In this document: positions 35,245-42,551 of the stretch, in pieces
Layout: every line of letters begins with the position of its first letter
How positions within the stretch are numbered: position 1 is the stretch's first letter
Assembly: GCA_964655175.1 (NCBI GenBank)
Contig: CAZZLY010000003.1
Span: 18,259-82,258 of the forward strand
Length of the DNA stretch: 64,000 nucleotides
Source of the DNA: an uncultured bacterium
GTDB lineage: Bacteria; Eisenbacteria; RBG-16-71-46
Reading direction: 5' to 3'
Position numbers and translations under genes: made by a program
The notes under the pieces: model-generated
What the model saw: only the letters and a program-made list of their open reading frames with translations
Told to the model about the DNA's origin: nothing
The model's database searches: none

Positions 35245-36546
35245 ATGTCGTCACGCTCTCGCTCACTCGCCCTCGTCCTCGCCGGCATGCTGCTCGTGCC
35301 GGTGGGCAGCGCGTGCGCCCAGGTGACGGAGACGTCGGTGACGTTGGGCTGGACCGCGCCCGGTGACGATTCGACGACGGGTCGTGCGACGCGTTACGAC
35401 CTGCGCTGGGCGAACACGCCGATCACCGACGCGAGCACGTTCGCGGCCGCGACCGTGGTCGACCCGGTGGTCGCACCGGGACCGGCGGGCTCGCTCGAGT
35501 CGTTCACGATCGGGGGGCTCACGCCGGCGACCGCGTACTGGTTCGCGCTCGTGACCGTGGACGAGGCGGGCAACCGCTCGGTGCTGTCGAACGTGGCGCA
35601 GGCGACCACGCTCGCCTCGAGCGATCTCGTGCGGCCCGCGAGCGTGCCCGTGACGCTCGTCGCGACGACCGCCGGCAGCGTCACCGTGCGCTGGACCGAG
35701 GTGGGCGACGACAGCCTCACCGGCCTCGTGACCGCGATCGAACTGCGGTGGTCGTACGCACCGATCGGTGAGGCGCAGTGGGCGAGTGCGCAGCCCGTCT
35801 CGGGCGTGCCCGCCCCGAGTGGCCCCGGCACCGTGCAGCAGGTCACGATCGTCGGCCTCGATCGCTCGCGCGACGTGTACGTGGCGGCGCGCGCCCGCGA
35901 CGACGTCAATCGCGTCTCGGCCATCGCCCCCGCGCTCGTCGTGCCGCATCTGCTCGACACCGCACCGCCGTCCGCCCCCACGGGCGTGGCCGCGGTGGTC
36001 GAGGCGTCGGGCGTGCGTCTGCAGTGGGACCCGAATCCCGAGGCCGACCTGCGCGGCTACCACGTGCATCGCGCGCTCGCGGCCAAGGGCCTGTTCGCGC
36101 GCCTGACGACGACGCCCGTGACGCTCGAATCGTTCGTGGACGCCGCGCCGCCCGACACGCTGCTCGCGTGGTACGCGATCACCGCGGTGGATGCGAGCGG
36201 CAACGAGAGTGCGCGCAGCGCCGCGTTCCGCGTCACCTTGAGCGCCGATGCGCCGCTGCAGTGGGCGATCGCGCCGCCGTACCCGAACCCGAGTCGCGTC
36301 GGCACCCCGGTCACGCTGCCGCTCACCGTGCCGGTGGTCGGCTCGACCGAGGTCGTCCTCGACATCCAGGACGATGCCGGACAGCACGTGCGCACGATCC
36401 GCGTCGTGAATCCCACGCCGGGCACGAAACTCGTGATCTGGGACGGACTCAACGACGCGCGCCGCGTCACTGCGCCCGGGCTCTACCGCGTCTGGTTGCG
36501 CGACGGCGCGCGGCGCGAACTCGCACGCATCGTGAGGATCCCGTGA
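35245..36546 (+). CDS. Secreted fibronectin type III repeat protein with FlgD-Ig/T9SS-type C-terminal domain
   Basis: ATG 35245 is in frame in ORF 34660..36546, with AGGAG ~10 nt upstream. Signal peptide: LALVLAGMLLVPVGSACA. Three FN3-like modules (SVTLGWTAPGDD...RYDLRW; SVTVRWTEVGDD...IELRW; GVRLQWDPNPEADLRGYHV). The tail is YPNPSRVG...VIWDGLNDARRVTAPGLYRVWLRDGARRELARIVRIP. Confidence 0.75.
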   Translation: MSSRSRSLALVLAGMLLVPVGSACAQVTETSVTLGWTAPGDDSTTGRATRYDLRWANTPITDASTFAAATVVDPVVAPGPAGSLESFTIGGLTPATAYWFALVTVDEAGNRSVLSNVAQATTLASSDLVRPASVPVTLVATTAGSVTVRWTEVGDDSLTGLVTAIELRWSYAPIGEAQWASAQPVSGVPAPSGPGTVQQVTIVGLDRSRDVYVAARARDDVNRVSAIAPALVVPHLLDTAPPSAPTGVAAVVEASGVRLQWDPNPEADLRGYHVHRALAAKGLFARLTTTPVTLESFVDAAPPDTLLAWYAITAVDASGNESARSAAFRVTLSADAPLQWAIAPPYPNPSRVGTPVTLPLTVPVVGSTEVVLDIQDDAGQHVRTIRVVNPTPGTKLVIWDGLNDARRVTAPGLYRVWLRDGARRELARIVRIP

Positions 36547-37928
36547 GCGCGGCCCGGCGTTCCCTCGCGGGCCTCGTGCTCGTCGCACTCGCGTCGACCG
36601 CACACGCGGCGGGCTCGGGCGGCACCGCCGCGGCGAGCTTCCTCACCGTGGGCAGCGGCGCCTCGGTGCTCGCGATGGGCGGTGCGACGCTCGCGAGCGG
36701 CGAGGGCCTCGCCGCCTCCGCGTGGAACCCGGCCGCACTCGCGGGACTCGGTCCGCTCGAACTCGCCATGTCGCACGCCCCGCTGCCCGGTGGCGCGTCG
36801 CAGGACTGGTTCGCGGTCGGCGGCGCCATGTCGGGTGATCCGACGCGCTGGGCGGTGCAGGCGGTCTTCCAGCGCGAGGACGGCATCGAGGGGCGCGACG
36901 CGTCCAACCTGCCGACGGGCACGATCTCGGTCTCGGACCTGGCGCTCACCGCGCGTCTGGCGCGGCCGCTCGGGCGTCATCTGAGTCTCGGTGCGGGCGC
37001 GGAGTGGGTGCACGAGGTGCTCGCGGGCACGACGGGTTCGGGCGTGGGGTTCGAGGCGGGACTGCGCGCGCGCGTGGGTCCGTTCGGCGCCGCACTCGCG
37101 ACGCGTCATGCCGGTGGGCGCATGTCCTACAACGGCGCGACGTGGGATCTGCCCACCGTGATCGCGGCCGGCGGTTCGTGGCAGGACGACGCGCACGGTC
37201 TGCGGCTCACGATGGATGCCGAATCGCCGACGCACTACGTCAAGAACGTGCGCGTGGGCGCGGAGTGGCGCTGGCGCGACGTGATCGCGCTGCGTGCGGG
37301 CTATCGCCGTCAGGTGGGTGAGTCCGCCCTCGAGACGCTCACCGGACCGTCGTTCGGCCTCGGCACGGTGGTCGCCGGCCTCGGCTTCGATTACGCGTTC
37401 ATCCCCGGGGCCACGGAGGCCAACGGCACGCATCGCATGGGTCTCGTGTGGCGGCCCGCAGCGCCCGCCGGCACGGTCGGCGCGCGCCCCGCGCGCGTGA
37501 AACCCAAGCGCCCCGCGGTCGAGACGATCAAGGTCGCGCCCGTCGTCGCGCCGTCACCCGCGCGGTCCGCGCCGACCGCGCCCGCGCCCGTCGTCGCCGC
37601 ACCCGTGACCGTGGACACGGTGGCCCGCGTCGTCGCCGCACCGCCAGCGCCGGTGCGGGACTCGGTGGTCGCGCGTGCGCCGGTGGCGCCGCGTCGCACC
37701 GCTGGGCCGCCCGCGTCGGACCCCGTGCTGTTCGCGCCCGTGCCGTCCCCGGTCGCGAGTCCGCGGCCCACGCACGTGGTCGTGGCGGCGGGGGAGAACC
37801 TGTATCAGATCGCGCGCCGCTGGGGCGTCTCGGTGAACGCGATCATGATGGAGAACGACCTCGCGAACGATCGCGTCGCGAAGGGCACGCGCCTGCGACT
37901 GCCGGCCTCGCGCGCCGCGTCGCACTGA
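36543..37928 (+). CDS. PorV/PorQ-family outer-membrane beta-barrel fused via a Pro/Ala-rich linker to a C-terminal LysM domain
   Basis: GTG 36543 overlaps the upstream stop (GTGA). After the signal peptide, the N-terminal ~300 aa read AASFLTVGSGASVLAMGGATLASGEGLAASAWNPAALAGL...GLGFDYAFIPG...THRMGLVW, which follows the PorV/PorQ pattern. A ~110-aa low-complexity P/A/V linker follows, then a LysM domain (HVVVAAGENLYQIARRWGVSVNAIMMENDLANDRVAKGTRLRLP). Confidence 0.65.
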   Translation: MSAARRSLAGLVLVALASTAHAAGSGGTAAASFLTVGSGASVLAMGGATLASGEGLAASAWNPAALAGLGPLELAMSHAPLPGGASQDWFAVGGAMSGDPTRWAVQAVFQREDGIEGRDASNLPTGTISVSDLALTARLARPLGRHLSLGAGAEWVHEVLAGTTGSGVGFEAGLRARVGPFGAALATRHAGGRMSYNGATWDLPTVIAAGGSWQDDAHGLRLTMDAESPTHYVKNVRVGAEWRWRDVIALRAGYRRQVGESALETLTGPSFGLGTVVAGLGFDYAFIPGATEANGTHRMGLVWRPAAPAGTVGARPARVKPKRPAVETIKVAPVVAPSPARSAPTAPAPVVAAPVTVDTVARVVAAPPAPVRDSVVARAPVAPRRTAGPPASDPVLFAPVPSPVASPRPTHVVVAAGENLYQIARRWGVSVNAIMMENDLANDRVAKGTRLRLPASRAASH

Positions 37929-37935
37929 CGCGGCG

Positions 37936-38310
37936 TCAGCGCCGCAGCATCTGCATGCCGGCCGTCGCCGCGAGCAGGCCGCCGACGACCGAGCCGAGCA
38001 CGTAACCCAGTGCCGGGCCCCACAGCCCATCGCGCACGAGCGCCAGCGCCTCCCACGAGAACGCCGAGAACGTGGTGAAGCCGCCCAGCACGCCGGTGAC
38101 CAGGAACAGACGCGCGTCGCTCGGCAGCAGCTCGTGCTCGAACGCGAGCGTGAGCAGCGCGCCGATCGCGAACGCCCCGAGCAGATTGACCACGATCGTG
38201 CCCCACGGGAACCGCGACGGGGCCACCGCGCGCGCGACCCACGAGGACATGAGCCAGCGCAGCACGCTACCCGTGGCTCCACCGCCGGCGACCAGCAGCA
38301 GGTCCCTCAC
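37936..38310 (-). CDS. crcB: Fluoride ion channel CrcB/FEX
   Basis: GTG 38310 is in frame in ORF 37936..39021. (V)RDLLLVAGGGATGSVLRW...PWGTIVVNLLGAFAIG...GVLGGFTTFSAFS, a typical 124-aa CrcB. The start overlaps the E1 alpha stop (GTGA). Confidence 0.8.
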   Translation of the reverse strand: MRDLLLVAGGGATGSVLRWLMSSWVARAVAPSRFPWGTIVVNLLGAFAIGALLTLAFEHELLPSDARLFLVTGVLGGFTTFSAFSWEALALVRDGLWGPALGYVLGSVVGGLLAATAGMQMLRR

Positions 38311-39410
38311 AGCGGGAACGCCCCGTCGAACGAGGTGCCGAGCCCGCGGGCCTGGGCGTACTTCATCTGCTCCTGCAGGTGCGCGGGCATCTCGGCGTAC
38401 ACGTCGGTGAAGATCGTCTCGATCGCCGGCGGCGGCAGCGCCTCCGCCGCGGTGATCGCGGCCGAGATCTCGTCGTTGATCTCGGCGGTCCACTGCTCGA
38501 GGTCGGCGTCCACCAACAGGCCCTTGCCGCGCAGCCAGGTGCCGAAGCGGGCCACCGGGTCGCGCTGCTCCCAGGTCTTGACGACCTCGGGGTCGCGGTA
38601 GCGCGTCGGGTCGTCGCTCGACGAGTGCCCGCCCATGCGGAACGTGACCGACTCGATGAAGGTCGGCCCCCCGCCCGAGCGCGCACGGTCCACCGCCTCG
38701 CGCTGCGCCGCGATGACCGCGAGCAGGTCGTTGCCGTCCACGCGGATGCCGGGCATGCCGTAGGCGACCGCCTTGATCGCGATGCTGCTCGACACGGTCT
38801 GCGCCGAGAGCGGCACCGAGATGGCCCACTGGTTGTTCTGGCAGAAGAACACGTTGGGCGTCTTCCACACCGCCGCGAAGTTCATCGCGGCGTGGAAGTC
38901 GCCGATGCTCGTGCCGCCGTCGCCGATGTAGCCCACGCACACGGTGTCGTGGCCGAGGAGCTTGGCGGCGTAGGCCGCGCCCATGGCGTGCGGCAGCTGC
39001 GTGCCGATGACGCTCGACCACGCCACCGAGTTCACCCTGCGATCGCTGAAGTGCATGGGCATCTGCCGGCCCAGCAGCACGTCACCGCTGTTGCCGATGA
39101 GCTGGCAGATGAACTCCTGCACCGTCGTGCCGCGCCACAGGCACACGCCGGTCTCGCGCAGGGCATGGAACACCCAGTCGCTGGCCTTGAGCGGATAGGC
39201 CGAGCCGGTGACCGAGGCCTCCTGGCCCGTGGCCATGCCGTAGAAGCCGATGCGGCCCTGCCGCTGCAGCGACAGCATGCGCTGGTCGAGCAGGCGCATC
39301 TTGAGCATGTGCCGGTGCAGCGCGCGCAGGTCGTCGTCCGGCACCGCCGGCGGCGTCGCGATCTCGCGGCCCTCGTCGTCGAGGACGCGGCGCAGGGTCT
39401 CGTCGACCAT
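38307..39410 (-). CDS. 2-oxoacid dehydrogenase E1 component, alpha subunit (TPP-dependent)
   Basis: TPP-binding motif YIGDGGTSIGDFHAAMNFAAVWKTPNVFFCQNNQWAIS. ATG 39410 (MVDETL) was chosen because it forms an ATGA overlap with the E2 stop. ATG 39437 is an alternative start. Confidence 0.85.
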   Translation of the reverse strand: MVDETLRRVLDDEGREIATPPAVPDDDLRALHRHMLKMRLLDQRMLSLQRQGRIGFYGMATGQEASVTGSAYPLKASDWVFHALRETGVCLWRGTTVQEFICQLIGNSGDVLLGRQMPMHFSDRRVNSVAWSSVIGTQLPHAMGAAYAAKLLGHDTVCVGYIGDGGTSIGDFHAAMNFAAVWKTPNVFFCQNNQWAISVPLSAQTVSSSIAIKAVAYGMPGIRVDGNDLLAVIAAQREAVDRARSGGGPTFIESVTFRMGGHSSSDDPTRYRDPEVVKTWEQRDPVARFGTWLRGKGLLVDADLEQWTAEINDEISAAITAAEALPPPAIETIFTDVYAEMPAHLQEQMKYAQARGLGTSFDGAFPL

Positions 39411-40618
39411 CACTGGAGGTCTCCTTCGTTGAGCCACGCCGACGGGTTCTGCAGGCGCTCGATGAGCGCGTACAGGAAGTCCGCGCCCACGGCGCCGTCC
39501 ACGACGCGATGGTCGAGCGACAGCGACAGGTTGCCGAGGTCGCGCGCCACGATGGCGCCGTCCACGACCGCGGGCTTGGGGGTGATCGCGTGCACGCCGA
39601 GGATCGCGACCTGCGGGTGGTGCAGGATCGGCGTGGCGAGCACGCCGCCCTTGGTGCCGGTGCTGGTCACGGTGAACGTGCCGCCCTGCAGTTCCTCGAG
39701 CTTGAGCTTGTGGTCGCGCGCCGCGAGGGCGAGCCGGTCGATCGCGCGGGCGAGCGCGAACAGTCCCAGGCGATCGGCGTCGTGCACGATGGGCACGGTG
39801 AGCCCCTCGTCGGTGTTGGTCGCGAGACCCAGATGGACGCGCTTCTTGAGCACGATCTCGTGCGTCGCGTCATCGAGCGTGCTGTTGAGGAGCGGGTACG
39901 CGCGCAGCACGTCGGGCAGCGCACGGAACAGGTAGGCGAGGTAGGTGAGCTTGACGCCCGCCGCCTGCGCGCGCGCGGCGGTGGCGCGGCGATGCTCGAC
40001 GAGCGCGGTGAAGTCGCACTCGGCCACGAACGTGAACTGCGCCGCGGTCGAGAGCGAGCGGCGCATGTGCTCGGCGATCTTGCGGCGCAGGCCGCGCAAC
40101 GGCACGCGCTCCTCGTCGGCCGCGGTCGCCGCGGCGGTGGGGGCGCTCGTCGTGCCGCCCGCGGCGGCTTTCACGTCGTCCGCGGTGATGCGCCCGCCGG
40201 GACCCGTACCGGTGACCGTCTCGAGCGCCACCTGGAGTTCCTTGGCGAGCGCGCGCACGGCCGGCGTCGCCTCGACGCGGGGCGCGCTCGCGGCCGCGGT
40301 CGAAGCCGGGGCCGCAGGGGACGTCGCGGGTGCGGCGGCGGGCGCCGGGGTGTGCGTCGCGGCCGCCGGTGCGGCACCCGCGACCGCGATGGTGATGATC
40401 GTGGTGCCCACCGGCACCATCGCGCCCTCCTCGACGTGCAGCGTCTCGATCGTGCCGGTGCGCGGGCTCGGGATCTCGACGCTCGCCTTGTCGGTCATGA
40501 CCTCGACGAGCGGCTGATCCTCCTTCACCGCCTCGCCCGGCTTGACCAGCCAGCGCACGATCTCACCCTCGGCCACACCCTCACCGATGTCGGGCAGCTT
40601 CACGTCGTAGGTCATCAC
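39410..40618 (-). CDS. 2-oxoacid dehydrogenase E2 dihydrolipoamide acyltransferase
   Basis: Lipoyl domain (LVEVMTDKASVEIPSP), Ala/Pro linker, peripheral subunit-binding domain (ATPAVRALAKEL) and catalytic SLSLDHRVVDGA. Confidence 0.9.
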   Translation of the reverse strand: MMTYDVKLPDIGEGVAEGEIVRWLVKPGEAVKEDQPLVEVMTDKASVEIPSPRTGTIETLHVEEGAMVPVGTTIITIAVAGAAPAAATHTPAPAAAPATSPAAPASTAAASAPRVEATPAVRALAKELQVALETVTGTGPGGRITADDVKAAAGGTTSAPTAAATAADEERVPLRGLRRKIAEHMRRSLSTAAQFTFVAECDFTALVEHRRATAARAQAAGVKLTYLAYLFRALPDVLRAYPLLNSTLDDATHEIVLKKRVHLGLATNTDEGLTVPIVHDADRLGLFALARAIDRLALAARDHKLKLEELQGGTFTVTSTGTKGGVLATPILHHPQVAILGVHAITPKPAVVDGAIVARDLGNLSLSLDHRVVDGAVGADFLYALIERLQNPSAWLNEGDLQ

Positions 40619-40669
40619 GTACTCGCTCCTGTCGGACGGCGGCGCGCCCGTCGCGGGGCGCGCACGGAC

Positions 40670-41644
40670 TCAGTAGCTCATCACGTGCTCGATCGCGGCG
40701 AGGACTCGCTTGGCGTCGGGCAGGTAGGTGTGTTCGAGCGTGTAGGGGAAGGGCGTGTCGTAGCCGGTCACGCGCAGCACCGGCGCCTGCAGCGAGGTGA
40801 GCGCCTGCTCGGCGAGCAGCGCCGAGAGCTCCGCGCCGTAGCCGCAGGTGCGCGGCGCCTCGTGCACGATGACCACCCGGCCCGTGCGGCGCGCGCTCTC
40901 GAGCACGGTCGCGGTGTCGAGCGGCAGCAGCGTGCGCAGGTCCACGACCTCGACCTGCCAGCCGCGCTCGGCGGCCGCATCGGCGGCTTCCAGCGACACG
41001 GGCACCATGGCGCCGTACGCCAGGATCGTGAGGTGTTCGCCGGCGCGCGCGACGCGCGCCTTGCCGATGGGCACGAGGGTCGCGGTCTCGGCGACGTCCT
41101 CCTTGGCGTGACGATAGAGCCGCTTGGGCTCGAGGAAGATGACCGGGTCCTGCCCCTGGATCGCCGACAGCAGCAGCCCGCGTGCATCGGACGGCGTGGA
41201 CGGGATGACGACCTGCAGGCCCGTGGTGTGGCAGAAGTACGCCTCGGGGCTCTGTGAGTGGTACAGGCCGCCACGGATGCCGCCGCCGTAGGGCGCGCGC
41301 ACCACCACGGGGCAGGCGTACTGGCCCGCCGAGCGCCAGCGGAACTTGGCCAGTTCCGAGACGATCTGGTCGAACGCGGGATAGATGAAGTCCACGAACT
41401 GGATCTCGGCGACCGGCTTGAGGCCGTACAGCGCCATGCCGATCGCGCCGCCCACGATGCCGTTCTCGGCGAGCGGCGTGTCGATCACGCGCTCGCTGCC
41501 GAACTCGGCCTGCAGGCCTTCGGTGACCCGGAACACGCCGCCGTTGCGGCCGACGTCCTCACCCAGGACCACCACGCGCGGATCGTCCCGCAGGGACGTG
41601 CGGAGCGCGTCGGTGATGGCCTGGACCATCGTCATCTGGGGCAT
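40670..41644 (-). CDS. 2-oxoacid dehydrogenase E1 component, beta subunit
   Basis: Trimmed to ATG 41644, with AGGAG upstream. MPQMTMVQAITDALR...VVVLGEDVG..GGVFRVT.GL...FG..RVIDTPLAE. 324 aa. Confidence 0.9.
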   Translation of the reverse strand: MPQMTMVQAITDALRTSLRDDPRVVVLGEDVGRNGGVFRVTEGLQAEFGSERVIDTPLAENGIVGGAIGMALYGLKPVAEIQFVDFIYPAFDQIVSELAKFRWRSAGQYACPVVVRAPYGGGIRGGLYHSQSPEAYFCHTTGLQVVIPSTPSDARGLLLSAIQGQDPVIFLEPKRLYRHAKEDVAETATLVPIGKARVARAGEHLTILAYGAMVPVSLEAADAAAERGWQVEVVDLRTLLPLDTATVLESARRTGRVVIVHEAPRTCGYGAELSALLAEQALTSLQAPVLRVTGYDTPFPYTLEHTYLPDAKRVLAAIEHVMSY

Positions 41645-41805
41645 CAGGGGACTCCTGAATGGAGGTGCGCAGCGTCTGCGCGAGCCTAGCCGAGTCCCCA
41701 CGGCCCGCCAAACCCGCCCGGACCGCGCCGGTGGGGCCCGCGGGCCCGCTCGTCGGGCGAGGGGCGGGGGGGAGCCGCCCGGGCCGCGCCCGCCGCCACC
41801 CCCGA

Positions 41806-41845
41806 CATTAGGCTGGACAAATCTCGTTATTAGTCGTACCTAATG
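41806..41845 (+). promoter_or_regulatory. AT-rich operator-like inverted repeats upstream of the mntR-mntH operon
   Basis: This is the only AT-rich island in the GC-rich divergent region. CATTAGG (41806-41812) and CCTAATG (41839-41845) form a 7-bp inverted repeat. Nested inside is ATTAG-N6-CTAAT (41829-41844), 24 nt upstream of ATG 41868. The TTAGG/CCTAA half-sites recall DtxR-family boxes. Confidence 0.35.
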
Positions 41846-41867
41846 AACGTCCCCTCGGAGGTCCTCC

Positions 41868-42551
41868 ATGTCCACGCCACGTCCCGCCGCGACGCGATCG
41901 CGCGAGAACTACCTCAAGGCGCTGCTGCAGCTCGGCCCCACCGGTCCGGTGACGGTGACGGCGCTCGCGCGGCATCTGCGCGTGTCCGCGCCGAGCGTGA
42001 GCAACATGCTCGCGCGACTGGCCGCCGAATCGCTCGTGACGCTGGGGCCGCGGGGGGCCGCGACGCTGTCGGCCGCCGGCACGCGCGCCGCGCTCGACGT
42101 GCTGCGGCGGCACCGCCTGCTCGAGACGTTCCTGGTGCGGGTGCTCGAGCTGGATTGGAGCGAGGTGCACGAGGACGCCGAGGAACTCGAGCACCACGTG
42201 AGCGAGCGCGTGCTCGACGCGCTCGATCGGTTCATGGGGCATCCCACCGAGGATCCGCACGGCCATCCGATCCCCGATCGGCAGGGGCGCGTGCCGCAGC
42301 GCGCGCTCGCGCCGATCGCGGCGCTGCCCGTGGGCGCGGCCGCCGACGTGCGCGAGGTGCGCGGGGGGGACGACCGGGCGCGTCTGACGCGTTGGAAGCG
42401 GCACGGGCTCGTCCCCGGGGCGCGCGTGCGCATGGTGCGCCACAGCGAGGACGGTGTGTGCACGCTCGAGATCGGGGGCCGTCGGGTGGTGAGTGCGCGT
42501 GAGGGACTCGAGGGTGTGATGATCGACCGACGCGAGAAGGGGACGCGATGA
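41868..42551 (+). CDS. mntR: DtxR/MntR-family metal-dependent transcriptional regulator with C-terminal FeoA/SH3-like domain
   Basis: RENYLKALLQL...VTALARHLRVSAPSVSNMLARL (winged helix-turn-helix), metal-binding helix HRLLETFL...EVHEDAEELEHH, and a FeoA-like tail. ATGA overlap with the Nramp gene. Confidence 0.8.
   Translation: MSTPRPAATRSRENYLKALLQLGPTGPVTVTALARHLRVSAPSVSNMLARLAAESLVTLGPRGAATLSAAGTRAALDVLRRHRLLETFLVRVLELDWSEVHEDAEELEHHVSERVLDALDRFMGHPTEDPHGHPIPDRQGRVPQRALAPIAALPVGAAADVREVRGGDDRARLTRWKRHGLVPGARVRMVRHSEDGVCTLEIGGRRVVSAREGLEGVMIDRREKGTR

Noticed and set aside
32811-35288. Upstream part of the 1247-aa ORF 31545..35288
   Set aside because: This is a read-through artefact. Only the C-terminal 421 aa (PilC, from ATG 32810) is protein-like. 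The upstream part is an Arg-rich alternative frame of pilB and the intergenic region.
37925-37939. 15-nt perfect palindrome CTGACGC-G-GCGTCAG containing both stop codons of the convergent PorV-LysM and crcB genes (only 7 nt apart)
   Set aside because: It is real in the sequence. As a hairpin, though, it would have a 1-nt loop, too small to be a functional terminator, and it may simply reflect two abutting TGA/TCA stops. It does imply overlapping 3' UTRs, but I did not score it as a feature. The finding entry labelled placeholder (start 37925, interest 0) refers to this site and should be ignored.
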